A DNA stretch of 64,000 nt from Alphaproteobacteria bacterium (lineage in GTDB: Bacteria > Pseudomonadota > Alphaproteobacteria > GCA-2731375), in NCBI GenBank assembly GCA_965225945.1, contig CBDDBZ010000020.1, positions 58,368 to 122,367 on the forward strand. Reading direction: 5' to 3'. Shown here in pieces: positions 63,741-64,000 of the stretch. A program made the position numbers and the translations under genes. Within the stretch, counting starts at the first letter, position 1; each line of letters begins with the position of its first letter. Under the pieces are notes generated by a model, which searched no databases, was not told the DNA's origin, and saw only the letters and a list, made by a program, of their open reading frames with translations.

Positions 63741-64000
63741 GCCTGGACAAGACATCCGGAGATATTCTTACTTCGTTCAGACGAATAGTGTGGTTTACCT
63801 GCGTCTTGAGCTCCTTCACTTTGTGGGTGTAATGACGTTCAATGCCACCGCCATACCTAATGCCACCGAGGTGGATGCCGGATGCATGCAACTGACTAAT
63901 GTTGACAACATCATCCTTACCTGTAGAAAAACGCACTTCCGGATACCAAGTGGAATATCCGGCATGACCGAGCGCGGCAAGATTTTGGAATCTGTTGACG
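63741..64000 (-). pseudogene. low-GC ORF fragment cut by IS3, runs off window
   Basis: Open frame VNRFQNLAALGHAGYSTWYPEVRFST...; function unknown. Confidence 0.4.

Overview
GC-rich alphaproteobacterial (Rhodospirillales-like) chromosome window showing heavy IS expansion and gene decay. 1-21 kb is mostly housekeeping and catabolic genes (radC frameshifted, map, sfsA, HIT, MFS, aas, hydantoinase, a UGA-recoded UGSC selenoprotein fusion, an IS4-broken enoyl-CoA hydratase, PhyH). A tRNA-Cys 3' fragment at 21373-21417 marks the edge of a decayed integrative island (ssb, small leading-region-type ORFs, strawberry-notch helicase). A 10.3 kb tail-less, head-encoding phage satellite is inserted in that ssb. 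It carries a ColE2-type Rep with a ColE2-like origin, terL, HNH, capsid, protease, connector, closure, portal and integrase. Other notable items are a four-gene IS21 element carrying a Cys-rich ORF and a DUF3991/Toprim primase-like gene inside its ends, and a tandem array of three 137-bp units resembling IS110/IS1111 right ends (bridge/seekRNA-like). There is also a probable relic of a second satellite and a group II intron inside an IS3 element. Many IS copies (IS630, IS4 x2, IS3-like x3, IS21, IS91-like, IS1595 x2, IS256 x2, IS481/IS1202-like) truncate amtB, glnK, an amidase and other genes. All family calls come from motif recognition by eye, not database searches.
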